From: a virus
Lineage: Duplodnaviria > Caudoviricetes
Length of the DNA: 64,000 nucleotides
Strand: one strand, 5' to 3'
IMG/VR virus record: IMGVR_UViG_3300020375_000001
Span: 1 to 64,000 of that record
Below, in pieces: positions 55,923 to 64,000 of the stretch. The notes below the pieces were generated by a model. It saw nothing but the letters and a program-made list of their open reading frames with translations, was not told where the DNA came from and searched no databases. Every line of letters begins with the position of its first letter. Within the stretch, counting starts at the first letter, position 1. The translations under genes were made by a program, and so were the position numbers.

Positions 55923-56687
55923 TCAGTTTATGTAAAACTCACCACGTATTTCCATTTTGGAGTTAAAAGAGACATTATACCTCTCCACTCTGTTTTTCAA
56001 GTAGGTTGGTAGGTTAACGAACGATAACAAATCCAATAACGCTATCGGGGCGTTACTGGGTAATCGTCCTGTCTCTCGCATCACTGCTAACAACTCTCTA
56101 TTATTGTCTAGTGTGCTTGGTGCATCCTCCAGGTTATTGATTAGTCTACCCACCATGTCAGCCCGTTCCGCTAAGGGAACCCGATTCTGGGCGGCTACTA
56201 TGCCAGCCATCCTCATGTAAGCCTCTAGCCAATTCGTTTGACCCTTAAAGTAATCAGGTTTCTGACCACTAGTAAGCAATGCTAGGTAGTACTCCATTGA
56301 TTCCAAAACATATTGTGTCTTGAACGTCTCGCAGTTCATCGTCTGTTGTATTCTTAATAACAACTCACTACGATACGCCTGCACCAGAGCAGGATAAGAC
56401 CGTAGCTCTTGCGGCACGGTAAAATACTCTGCTGTGTACAGACTCACAGGTAACTCAGACATGGGCATTACACCCGTTACGTCTTTCGTTTGACTTACGT
56501 TAGCGACAACTTCTTTGGTAGACGGTGTTGGGGAAACATCCGTCAATTGGTCGTCTTGGTTTTTAGATTCTTCAGCAACATCTAAACCGCTATTACGTAA
56601 TGTAGCGCAGGTAGCGGCGAAACTTAACGCCGCGTTGCCGAGAAATTTTAAAATCCGATTAGATACGAATTTTAGCTTTTCCCTCAT
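55923..56687 (-). CDS. Hypothetical protein
   Basis: 254 aa; ATGA overlap with helicase. Confidence 0.7.
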   Translation of the reverse strand: MREKLKFVSNRILKFLGNAALSFAATCATLRNSGLDVAEESKNQDDQLTDVSPTPSTKEVVANVSQTKDVTGVMPMSELPVSLYTAEYFTVPQELRSYPALVQAYRSELLLRIQQTMNCETFKTQYVLESMEYYLALLTSGQKPDYFKGQTNWLEAYMRMAGIVAAQNRVPLAERADMVGRLINNLEDAPSTLDNNRELLAVMRETGRLPSNAPIALLDLLSFVNLPTYLKNRVERYNVSFNSKMEIRGEFYIN

Positions 56688-59239
56688 TTATTTGGTCTCC
56701 CTATAACGAAGGTTGAGTTCAGTTCACCTATGCTCTTAACCCTTGGGCGTAGAAGCTTTTTCTTCTTCTCATGGTATTCCATGTGCTTAGGTAAGTTACG
56801 AGCTAAGATGTACATGAAATCTGGCTCAACATCAGGCCAATCTTTCAAACGACGTAAACGACCCACAATCTGGATATTTGCCTGACTGGAGTTAATGTTT
56901 GTTGTCATTAAGCTATAACGTAACCCTGGAATGTCTACACCAGTCCCCGCTGACAAAGCAGTGGATGCCGATATATCCGATTCCATTAACACCTCGTAGT
57001 CATCCTCTGATATATAACGAGCTACTTCTAGTGTTGGATTCCGTTTAGCAAGATGGTCCGCTATCTTCCCACACATTTCCTTGGTCGCCGCAAACACGAG
57101 ACACTTCTGACCATCATCCCTACGTTTGACATACCACTCGTACACCAACGAATCTATCATCGCTAAGTACTGTGCTAAGTAAAGAGGTCTCTTAATAAGA
57201 CTTTCTTCAAACAGCGTGTGGCTATACATCTTTTGTTGATTGATGTGGCGTATCTTCTCCGGTTCCCATAGTTCGTACAGCAATGCTTTAACGCGAATGT
57301 AACGGTCAAAATCTCCAGGCGTAAAACGCATTCTTTCTGGCCATTGTATTTGCAACATTCTGTTACGAAACGGTGAGTCCGTTGTGATTGTAGCAGACAA
57401 GAAAATTGTCTTAGGAATATGAGCGTACAAATCCATCTTAAAGATTTGGTGCTGGTTCTCGTGGGCTTCGTCAACAACTCGTAGACCTACACCTAACACT
57501 TTCCACAAATTCCAGGGCTTAATAGGATAACCTCTGAGTTTACCCGCCTCGTAGTCTTTATAGAATCGCGCCAGTGTCGTTGTTGAAGCGATGATGGCCT
57601 TGTAATCGAATTCGCCCGCCAAAGCTAGATTGATTGCACTTAACAAAGCAGCACTGCCTCGTATTACACAAATCTCTTTCTTCTTTAGGCCTAAACAATC
57701 TTCCAGGTCACCTATCCACTTTTCGATGTACTTACCACCCATCTGAAAACAAGTGAGTACACCTAATGTTTCTGCAGCCTTTTGACTACAGAACGTATTA
57801 TGGGTTACGATAAAATCATCCGTAACGTATAGCTTGTCGTCATGGGCTATCGAGATACACTGTGCTTCCTTTTCACCAACGTACTCTATACTTGTTAATG
57901 CAAGTTTAAAGTTCTTACTGTACTGATTAGATTCAGACAGTTTGGCGATATGGCGTGGCAACCTAAATAACTCAGTAGGATTAGCCGCACGTAAATGTAC
58001 ACGATATGCTGTCTTCCCAACCCTTTGTTCACCGCGATAGGTGTACTTAGGTACCTTACTAGTCAACTTGGCATGATGACCTAAGCTTCGAGCAAGGTAT
58101 TGGAATTGTTGTGCCAGCAACAGACTAGACGTAGAGAAGCTTGAACTTTTGTTCTCACTTACTGTTCCATCCGTGTCCATTAACCCTTGTAACAAACTTC
58201 TACGCTGATAAGTCGAGCCATCCAAGTATTCCTCAGGAATAAACTTTTCATGACTTAACTTTCCACGTAAACCCATCTCTTCCAAAATGGTCAACCAAGG
58301 ATTAGCCAAGATAGACTTGTCTTCCCTGATGATGTTATAATCAACCCCACCCGCTTGAGATAGAGTCATTCCAGCTGGAAGGTTTTTATGCAGTGCTTCT
58401 AATAGCTCCTTATCCGGTGTGCTAAATTTTAGAACCTGATTACCAACATGACCATCGCCTAATATTAAACCCAAGACGTAAGGGTCAAGTGGTAACGCTT
58501 TCCCCTCATTCTTTTCGGACTCGGGTAAGTCAATGTAATACCTCGCGTTAGGGTTAGATTTACGATGCTCTAGAATTTCTCCTAGTTGCTTCACCGTCCA
58601 ACCTTGGTCGGGGTTATACACTCTCCACAAATGTTCTTTGCAACACTCCGTAGTACGGCCATCGGAAAATGTCAGTTTATAAATTGCCTTTTTACCCTGA
58701 GGGTGTATTGCGGTAACTTTAGTAGTTGAACCGTCCTTAGCAATTACATCCTGACCTACAGCCATGTCACCCATGGTTAGCCAACCACCGGGAACTTTAA
58801 TAGCTGCATCCAAAGGCTGTGCCTTCCCGCCGCCAGTCGCAAGGGTAACCACCTTTGATTCGCCTGGGTCTTCCATATACTGGATTACCCTAGGTTGGTC
58901 ATCACGTGGTACCCAATGGTCTGGAATGTTGTAATCGACTTCAGTTGGCGTATACATACGCTTCACCGTTATCTCAACAAGGCTCGGTGGGATGTTAGCA
59001 TTTTTCAGCATGTCGAGAAATTCTTCATACTGGTTAATGTGAAAACGGTAGTAGGTACGCTCAGCATTAGACGCCGCGTATACCTTAGCCATCTTCTTGT
59101 GGAACTTACCTCTCGCGTAATGCCCCGTCCACTCAACGAGCGGACGGAGAAAGTTTTGAATGAGAGGCCTTAAACGTGGAGATACCTTAGTCACCGAAAA
59201 GTGATGACTGTAGACATCTATTTTACAATAATCGCTCAA
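56684..59239 (-). CDS. SF2 DExH helicase (phiKZ gp75/UvsW-like), intein-containing
   Basis: TGGGK|T Walker A, VVDEAHE, SAT, GTGVDIPGL, QIVGRLRR. Confidence 0.9.
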   Translation of the reverse strand: MSDYCKIDVYSHHFSVTKVSPRLRPLIQNFLRPLVEWTGHYARGKFHKKMAKVYAASNAERTYYRFHINQYEEFLDMLKNANIPPSLVEITVKRMYTPTEVDYNIPDHWVPRDDQPRVIQYMEDPGESKVVTLATGGGKAQPLDAAIKVPGGWLTMGDMAVGQDVIAKDGSTTKVTAIHPQGKKAIYKLTFSDGRTTECCKEHLWRVYNPDQGWTVKQLGEILEHRKSNPNARYYIDLPESEKNEGKALPLDPYVLGLILGDGHVGNQVLKFSTPDKELLEALHKNLPAGMTLSQAGGVDYNIIREDKSILANPWLTILEEMGLRGKLSHEKFIPEEYLDGSTYQRRSLLQGLMDTDGTVSENKSSSFSTSSLLLAQQFQYLARSLGHHAKLTSKVPKYTYRGEQRVGKTAYRVHLRAANPTELFRLPRHIAKLSESNQYSKNFKLALTSIEYVGEKEAQCISIAHDDKLYVTDDFIVTHNTFCSQKAAETLGVLTCFQMGGKYIEKWIGDLEDCLGLKKKEICVIRGSAALLSAINLALAGEFDYKAIIASTTTLARFYKDYEAGKLRGYPIKPWNLWKVLGVGLRVVDEAHENQHQIFKMDLYAHIPKTIFLSATITTDSPFRNRMLQIQWPERMRFTPGDFDRYIRVKALLYELWEPEKIRHINQQKMYSHTLFEESLIKRPLYLAQYLAMIDSLVYEWYVKRRDDGQKCLVFAATKEMCGKIADHLAKRNPTLEVARYISEDDYEVLMESDISASTALSAGTGVDIPGLRYSLMTTNINSSQANIQIVGRLRRLKDWPDVEPDFMYILARNLPKHMEYHEKKKKLLRPRVKSIGELNSTFVIGRPNK
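57797..58822 (-). mobile_element. Class 3 intein (342 aa) with LAGLIDADG homing endonuclease
   Basis: Starts AQPL, block B EHLW, block F QCISI, ends IVTHN/T; LGLILGDG and LQGLMDTDG motifs. Confidence 0.9.
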
Positions 59240-59264
59240 AATAACCTCTCCCGCTTTAAACCAT

Positions 59265-61238
59265 TTACCCAGCTAGAATATTGTCGTAGTTGTGGTCCGG
59301 TTTATTATGGTCGATGTACGACGTAGGTCGCAGAATAACATCGCCGTGACGTTCGAATGCCATCGCCGCAGACAAGCTACGGTTAAACATATTTTCACGG
59401 TGAATATTAAAGACCTCTTCATCATTCCCAATTGGTGGGGCACATGAATTAGACCTTGCTGCGTCCGTAGCCAGAAGCGCCAATAGTAGAATCTCAAGAT
59501 GCAATACGTTTACATCAGCACGACTGTTTACAATATCGTAAAGCTTACGCAATGCTTCTGCTGACGTCTTACAACCGTAGACTCCGTTTCGACTCTTCTT
59601 CTCAGTGAAATCTGAAATGCTTTGCATATATTCAAGCATGTTCATGTGTCGCTGAGGCATCACCAGGAATGGTTTACTGAATGTCCAATTGGCCAAATCA
59701 ATAACGTAGTCACCATACCGGTTCACCGTCCAACCGTACTTCTTCAAGTATTCTAAGAAATCATAAGTAAAGCTAGCCAAACGCGGACCTACGCTAGTAG
59801 GAACAATATGCTCAACCGCTTCCCTTTCCCCACGGGCATTCTTAATGTGTCGACGAATTACAACTTCCGCCATCACAGCCAGTGTGGTTGTAGGCAATAT
59901 TTTAACATCCGTTACCTCAGGGTTATTGATGTCATCAAGGTACTTGACGTATTGCTCAGGGATGATTAACTCTGGTTCGTAGTCCTTCAGGGTCATGTGG
60001 AATTGAATCTTCGATTGGTCCGCACCATTCAATTTAATGAACTCTGCATCCCGCTTCTCAATATTCAAATGCTCAGCTACCGATGAGCCGTCTTCGTGCT
60101 TAGTTGACATTACCTTTTGCGTTACGAATGAACATAACGCAATGGCACTGATATGACCAAGACGAGTGGCTTGACGATAGTACATCTGACTAGGGATTGA
60201 ATAACTCAATGCCCCAGCACACGCCTCACACACGTTGTATTCGTGGCGATGCTTACATTCAAGAGGAGAACGTAGTTTAACTCGCTGTCCCTCCAAATGT
60301 TTAGACTCCAAGGTAATTTCTTCCAGACTACCATCTGGCAGTACATGGTACTTACCATTAAGGTTAACCAATGATTTCTTGGTGACTTGGAATACAACCG
60401 TACGGTCACTTCCACAATCACCGGGTACTAAGCCTTTAACGTATTGGTTCTGTAATGAAACCTTACGACCAAAGTACTCAGTCTTACGTAGTGGTTCTGT
60501 GGTTACTTTCAGAGCCTTAGTACCAGAGCGAGATTCCTGTGCAGATTCCGCCAGTATTTTAAGCCCCTCAATAAATCCACGCAGGATTGGTTTACGGAAG
60601 ATGTTAGAATCGTAGTCTGTAATGAAACCACGAATAAATGCCTGTAACACCTGACCGATAGAGATTAGGTTAGCGCGACATGCATCTGCAATTGCATTAC
60701 CATTTAAGGTAGGGCATGTCATCACCGTTTCCGTAATCTGACGATAGGCCTGTTCAATACTGACAGTACTAGGGCGTACTTCAGCAATGGCTTCTCGCAC
60801 TACCGGATGTTCGAAGATGTCAAGGTAATCTAACACCGAGATTGTTGTAACGTACTCTTCCAGTTGTTCACCAGTGAATACAAACACGTTGTTAAAAATA
60901 ACCATCGCCATACGGTTCAACAAGTCCATATCGCGACAGATGCCTTGGTCGAAACATTCCCACAGTGGGCGTGACATCAATTTCTTGTGCACGCCATTAC
61001 CGAATACCACATTACCGATATGGTGATGTGGCAACAGAGCCAACTGTGGGAACTGACGATGATAGTCCCAATAAATAGTTGAGACTATTGTCTTACGACC
61101 GTTTACGGTTTCTACTGTACCATCATCGAACTTTAAGTTCATGGTCAGGACATTGTCAAACCGTTCCATTAGTTCTGGGATTGATAGATTAAGTAAATCT
61201 CTTGCCAGAATTGTTTCGTTTAGATGAATTGGATGCAT
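59265..61238 (-). CDS. rpoC: Non-virion RNAP beta' C-terminal subunit (phiKZ gp74-like)
   Basis: RSPLECKH...VCEACAG; GHISAIALCSFVTQKVMSTKH trigger loop. Confidence 0.88.
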   Translation of the reverse strand: MHPIHLNETILARDLLNLSIPELMERFDNVLTMNLKFDDGTVETVNGRKTIVSTIYWDYHRQFPQLALLPHHHIGNVVFGNGVHKKLMSRPLWECFDQGICRDMDLLNRMAMVIFNNVFVFTGEQLEEYVTTISVLDYLDIFEHPVVREAIAEVRPSTVSIEQAYRQITETVMTCPTLNGNAIADACRANLISIGQVLQAFIRGFITDYDSNIFRKPILRGFIEGLKILAESAQESRSGTKALKVTTEPLRKTEYFGRKVSLQNQYVKGLVPGDCGSDRTVVFQVTKKSLVNLNGKYHVLPDGSLEEITLESKHLEGQRVKLRSPLECKHRHEYNVCEACAGALSYSIPSQMYYRQATRLGHISAIALCSFVTQKVMSTKHEDGSSVAEHLNIEKRDAEFIKLNGADQSKIQFHMTLKDYEPELIIPEQYVKYLDDINNPEVTDVKILPTTTLAVMAEVVIRRHIKNARGEREAVEHIVPTSVGPRLASFTYDFLEYLKKYGWTVNRYGDYVIDLANWTFSKPFLVMPQRHMNMLEYMQSISDFTEKKSRNGVYGCKTSAEALRKLYDIVNSRADVNVLHLEILLLALLATDAARSNSCAPPIGNDEEVFNIHRENMFNRSLSAAMAFERHGDVILRPTSYIDHNKPDHNYDNILAG

Positions 61239-61265
61239 CCAGAATATTCCTTTTATTAATTCAGG

Positions 61266-63434
61266 TTACTTACCCGGTTTATACGGTGAGTAGACAAACT
61301 CAACACCACCACACATCATCAAATGTTTCATGAGCTGTAGTGGGCGTGAATTGCCACGAGGTATTTTGTTACGGTCAACAACGCAATCAATGTCGGTTGG
61401 TTTATCCGCATTCATTATGCTAATGTTGATTGCTTCTGATGAATACAACGAGTTTGTTCTATCCAGCAGTTCCGCTACGGTATCTGGGTCCATAACTGCA
61501 GACATCAGACGTACCTCAGATTCACCCGCAAATCGAACGGGCGACTCACGATACGGATTTAAGTATTTATCCGCTCTACCTAATTGCACCACAATGCCAT
61601 GGTGCTGACGTTTAGCAATTGACGTCGTAGACCAGTCTTCACCAGTCTTATCCAGCAACATCATGTATTTGGTGTCAATGGCCACTGGGCGTTTCGTCGT
61701 AATCATTCGACCGGTATTACCACGATAGGTAACTGGCCCAACAATAGAACGATGATTCGCTTCAATATCCCTGACTTGCTGAATGCCAACGTTGGGGCTG
61801 TTGGGCGGTAGCATCAGCGTAATCGCTTCTTGGTCCGATAACTTCGGATTGAGAATTGACTGCACATGTTCGTCTTGCTTAGCCTTAGTATCAAGGTGCT
61901 TTAAGCAATACCAATACATATACGGCGACGCTGCTTTGTAGTACGCCATCAGTAGGTCAAAACCTTCTTCTAACGAACTTGCATTCCGCACTCGACGAGC
62001 ACATTGTGTACTTGCCTGGTTAGTCCATTGTTCAAATATCTGTCCGACGTTTGAACGCTTAATAACTGACAACGGGTCTTTAATTACGTCCGCACGAATA
62101 CCGCAAGCAGTGGTAGGCATATCTTCGTCTTCACGAATACCTACAATTACACCTTTGGTCCCATGTGTATCGGTAATCTTGTAACCGATAGTGGGAACCT
62201 TGCGATAGGCATATGTAATCTCGATATTGAAATCGTCCAAAGGCGCTTTGTTCTTAGTGCGAACTACACGGTCTTTAGAAGACTCTGGGAAGTTAGCCAA
62301 AGCTTTTACTACCCAGCCGTGGAACTCAGGGGTAATGTCTAAATTACCCTTACCACGCTTCTTGCTGTTATGCTGATACAGCTCAATGATTTTACGGAAG
62401 AACAAATCTTTGCTCCGCACGTATTTCATCATGTCATCTTCCATGCCAGTAGGCGTGGTACGATAACGCGCATTGTGGTCGGTCAGGACATCAACATCAA
62501 CAACCTTTGCACCGGGCTGGGCATAGATTGTTTTATCGAATTCAAAATCGACACGGTCGGCTAACAGATTACGTGGATGTAAATCTGAGATTGTCAGGTT
62601 AGGGTCCATTTGACGGAACGCCATAATCAAACCATCTTCACGAATTGTTTCACCGGGTCCTGGGAAAGGCTTGTAGTAATTTTCATCACCGTACAAGTTC
62701 AGTGGGAAATACTGCTTACCGCAAGATGCAGTACGCGTTCCCAACATAGTCGTTGCCAGTTTTTGCTGATAACTTCTGCTGATTTCAAAACCATCCTCAA
62801 TGATACCGGGCACGGTTAAATATGCCACGTTAGTTTCGATGCCGTATTTATAGTTACCCTGACGGTCTACACACGGCGAATCTTTTATCACGGTACCTTT
62901 GGCTATGGTTGCACCTTTAACTATCTTGCTGGCGTTCTCAGTATCTTTATACTTCCACCCAAGGCTAGTGTGCTGGAAGAAGTAATTCTCCAGTAAGATG
63001 CTGCCAATTTCTTTGGTCTCGAAATCCTCATAGACGACTAGCGTCGATGGGTTCTCTTGAATTGCTCCTTGAGATATCTGTTTGGCATATTTTGGGAACA
63101 CGCCAAGGATTGTTGCATTCACCGGAATGCGTTGGTTAAATGTATACTTACCAAACTCACGTTCGGTACCGGTTAAGTTACGACGAACAGTTACACCTTC
63201 AGTAACTAATCGTTGTTTAAGGTGCGAAGCTTGCATCTGTTGCCGAGATGCTGAGTTAACTGCCACCCAAGGATTTAAATTAGTAGGGGCACCTACCAAC
63301 TCGATATCCAATTCATTAACCAGACTGGCATTCCCCTGCTCGTCTAAGCGGACGAACTTTTCAGTCTGTAAGTCAATGTACATTGGCTCACCATCCATAT
63401 CGGTGATATGACGGTAACGGGTTTCATCAATCAT
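61266..63434 (-). CDS. rpoB: Non-virion RNAP beta C-terminal subunit (phiKZ gp71-73-like), uninterrupted
   Basis: SRQQMQASH, IEDG, GYKITDTHGTKG, RSNVGQIFE, RFAGESE. Confidence 0.92.
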   Translation of the reverse strand: MIDETRYRHITDMDGEPMYIDLQTEKFVRLDEQGNASLVNELDIELVGAPTNLNPWVAVNSASRQQMQASHLKQRLVTEGVTVRRNLTGTEREFGKYTFNQRIPVNATILGVFPKYAKQISQGAIQENPSTLVVYEDFETKEIGSILLENYFFQHTSLGWKYKDTENASKIVKGATIAKGTVIKDSPCVDRQGNYKYGIETNVAYLTVPGIIEDGFEISRSYQQKLATTMLGTRTASCGKQYFPLNLYGDENYYKPFPGPGETIREDGLIMAFRQMDPNLTISDLHPRNLLADRVDFEFDKTIYAQPGAKVVDVDVLTDHNARYRTTPTGMEDDMMKYVRSKDLFFRKIIELYQHNSKKRGKGNLDITPEFHGWVVKALANFPESSKDRVVRTKNKAPLDDFNIEITYAYRKVPTIGYKITDTHGTKGVIVGIREDEDMPTTACGIRADVIKDPLSVIKRSNVGQIFEQWTNQASTQCARRVRNASSLEEGFDLLMAYYKAASPYMYWYCLKHLDTKAKQDEHVQSILNPKLSDQEAITLMLPPNSPNVGIQQVRDIEANHRSIVGPVTYRGNTGRMITTKRPVAIDTKYMMLLDKTGEDWSTTSIAKRQHHGIVVQLGRADKYLNPYRESPVRFAGESEVRLMSAVMDPDTVAELLDRTNSLYSSEAINISIMNADKPTDIDCVVDRNKIPRGNSRPLQLMKHLMMCGGVEFVYSPYKPGK

Positions 63435-63476
63435 TCTCGTAGTATCCTTTTATTTTAATGAGAGTATGTCACCTAG

Positions 63477-63493
63477 ATAATATATCTTTGAAA
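63477..63493 (-). promoter_or_regulatory. Early promoter of the nvRNAP beta-C/beta'-C/helicase operon
   Basis: TTTCAAAGATATATTAT, identical to 17289-17305. Confidence 0.65.
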
Positions 63494-63521
63494 TTTTATT
63501 CAATGGCAACATCTCTATTTT

Positions 63522-63893
63522 ATGTTTAGTTTAGAGAAAGCTTCGGAGACCAGCCCCATGGAACTAACCAAGTCAATGGCAAGTGCAGGTGCCGACATCT
63601 ATTACACCCCTGACTTCAGGAATGTTTTGGAAGACCATGTTACGTTACTACGAAACGATGCCAGCACAGAAGTGGTAGATGTTAAACCTAATGTGGCCTA
63701 TAAATTCGAACGCGATTTATTTGGCTACCTTGCAAGTATTAACGTACCACATCATCTACACTGGATTACCATGCGAGTGAATGGTTGGAAGAAGGACACA
63801 GAGTTCTTAAATCCTACTCGTCTGTTCATCCCTCACCAGTCCAGTGTGAATAAAATCAAACAAATGTATGAAGCATCTACTACAAAACAATAG
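63522..63893 (+). CDS. Conserved hypothetical protein (gp70-like position)
   Basis: Divergent from nvRNAP beta-C. Confidence 0.65.
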   Translation: MFSLEKASETSPMELTKSMASAGADIYYTPDFRNVLEDHVTLLRNDASTEVVDVKPNVAYKFERDLFGYLASINVPHHLHWITMRVNGWKKDTEFLNPTRLFIPHQSSVNKIKQMYEASTTKQ

Positions 63894-63921
63894 ATGGCTG
63901 AGTATTTTTTCACCGTAAATG

Positions 63922-63956
63922 CTGGGAAACCTTAGGTTTCTCAGTGTTTTATGCCG
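63922..63956 (+). terminator. Hairpin + TTATGCCGTCTAGA
   Basis: CTGGGAAACC-tta-GGTTTCTCAG then TGTTTTATGCCG. Confidence 0.65.
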
Positions 63957-63964
63957 TCTAGACA

Positions 63965-63991
63965 AAAAAAATAAAGGGAGCCGAAGCTCCC
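63965..63991 (-). terminator. Poly-U terminator, identical to 27649-27675
   Basis: 27-nt exact repeat. Confidence 0.75.
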
Positions 63992-64000
63992 AATATTAGT

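Noticed and set aside
61266-63434. Group I intron/HNH as in phiKZ gp71-73
   Set aside because: The ORF is continuous with all beta-C motifs; no insertion seen
1-64000. tRNA, rRNA, CRISPR array, chimallin/PhuZ genes, stop-codon recoding
   Set aside because: None recognised; core genes are full length under the standard code

Overview
This window is a core segment of a phiKZ-like, nucleus-forming jumbo phage (Chimalliviridae type). Host is uncertain; a Vibrionaceae-infecting relative is only a guess. It holds the portal, major capsid protein, two internal-head paralogues, neck/baseplate genes and a DnaB-like helicase. It also holds the exonuclease/motif-A half of the split family-B DNA polymerase, three non-virion RNAP subunits (beta-N, beta-C, beta'-C), one virion RNAP beta' subunit, an SF2 helicase with a class 3 LAGLIDADG intein, RuvC, dTMP kinase, a holin-like protein and an MltD-like transglycosylase. 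Small early accessory genes sit between the core blocks. phiKZ gp numbers are from remembered synteny, not from a search. No tRNA, rRNA, CRISPR array or chimallin gene was seen. The most unusual signals are non-coding. (1) A candidate ~155-nt late sRNA (2343-2499, minus) carries two copies of the exact complement of the AATAAAAGGAA ribosome-binding site shared by early genes and nvRNAP subunit genes. (2) At 16 loci a GC-rich hairpin is followed by TTATGHCG(TCT) instead of poly-U. (3) A 3'-UTR stem-loop exposes a 14-nt perfect complement of the capsid mRNA 5' end. (4) Two further candidate TATG-to-terminator sRNAs occur. All RNA functions are hypotheses.
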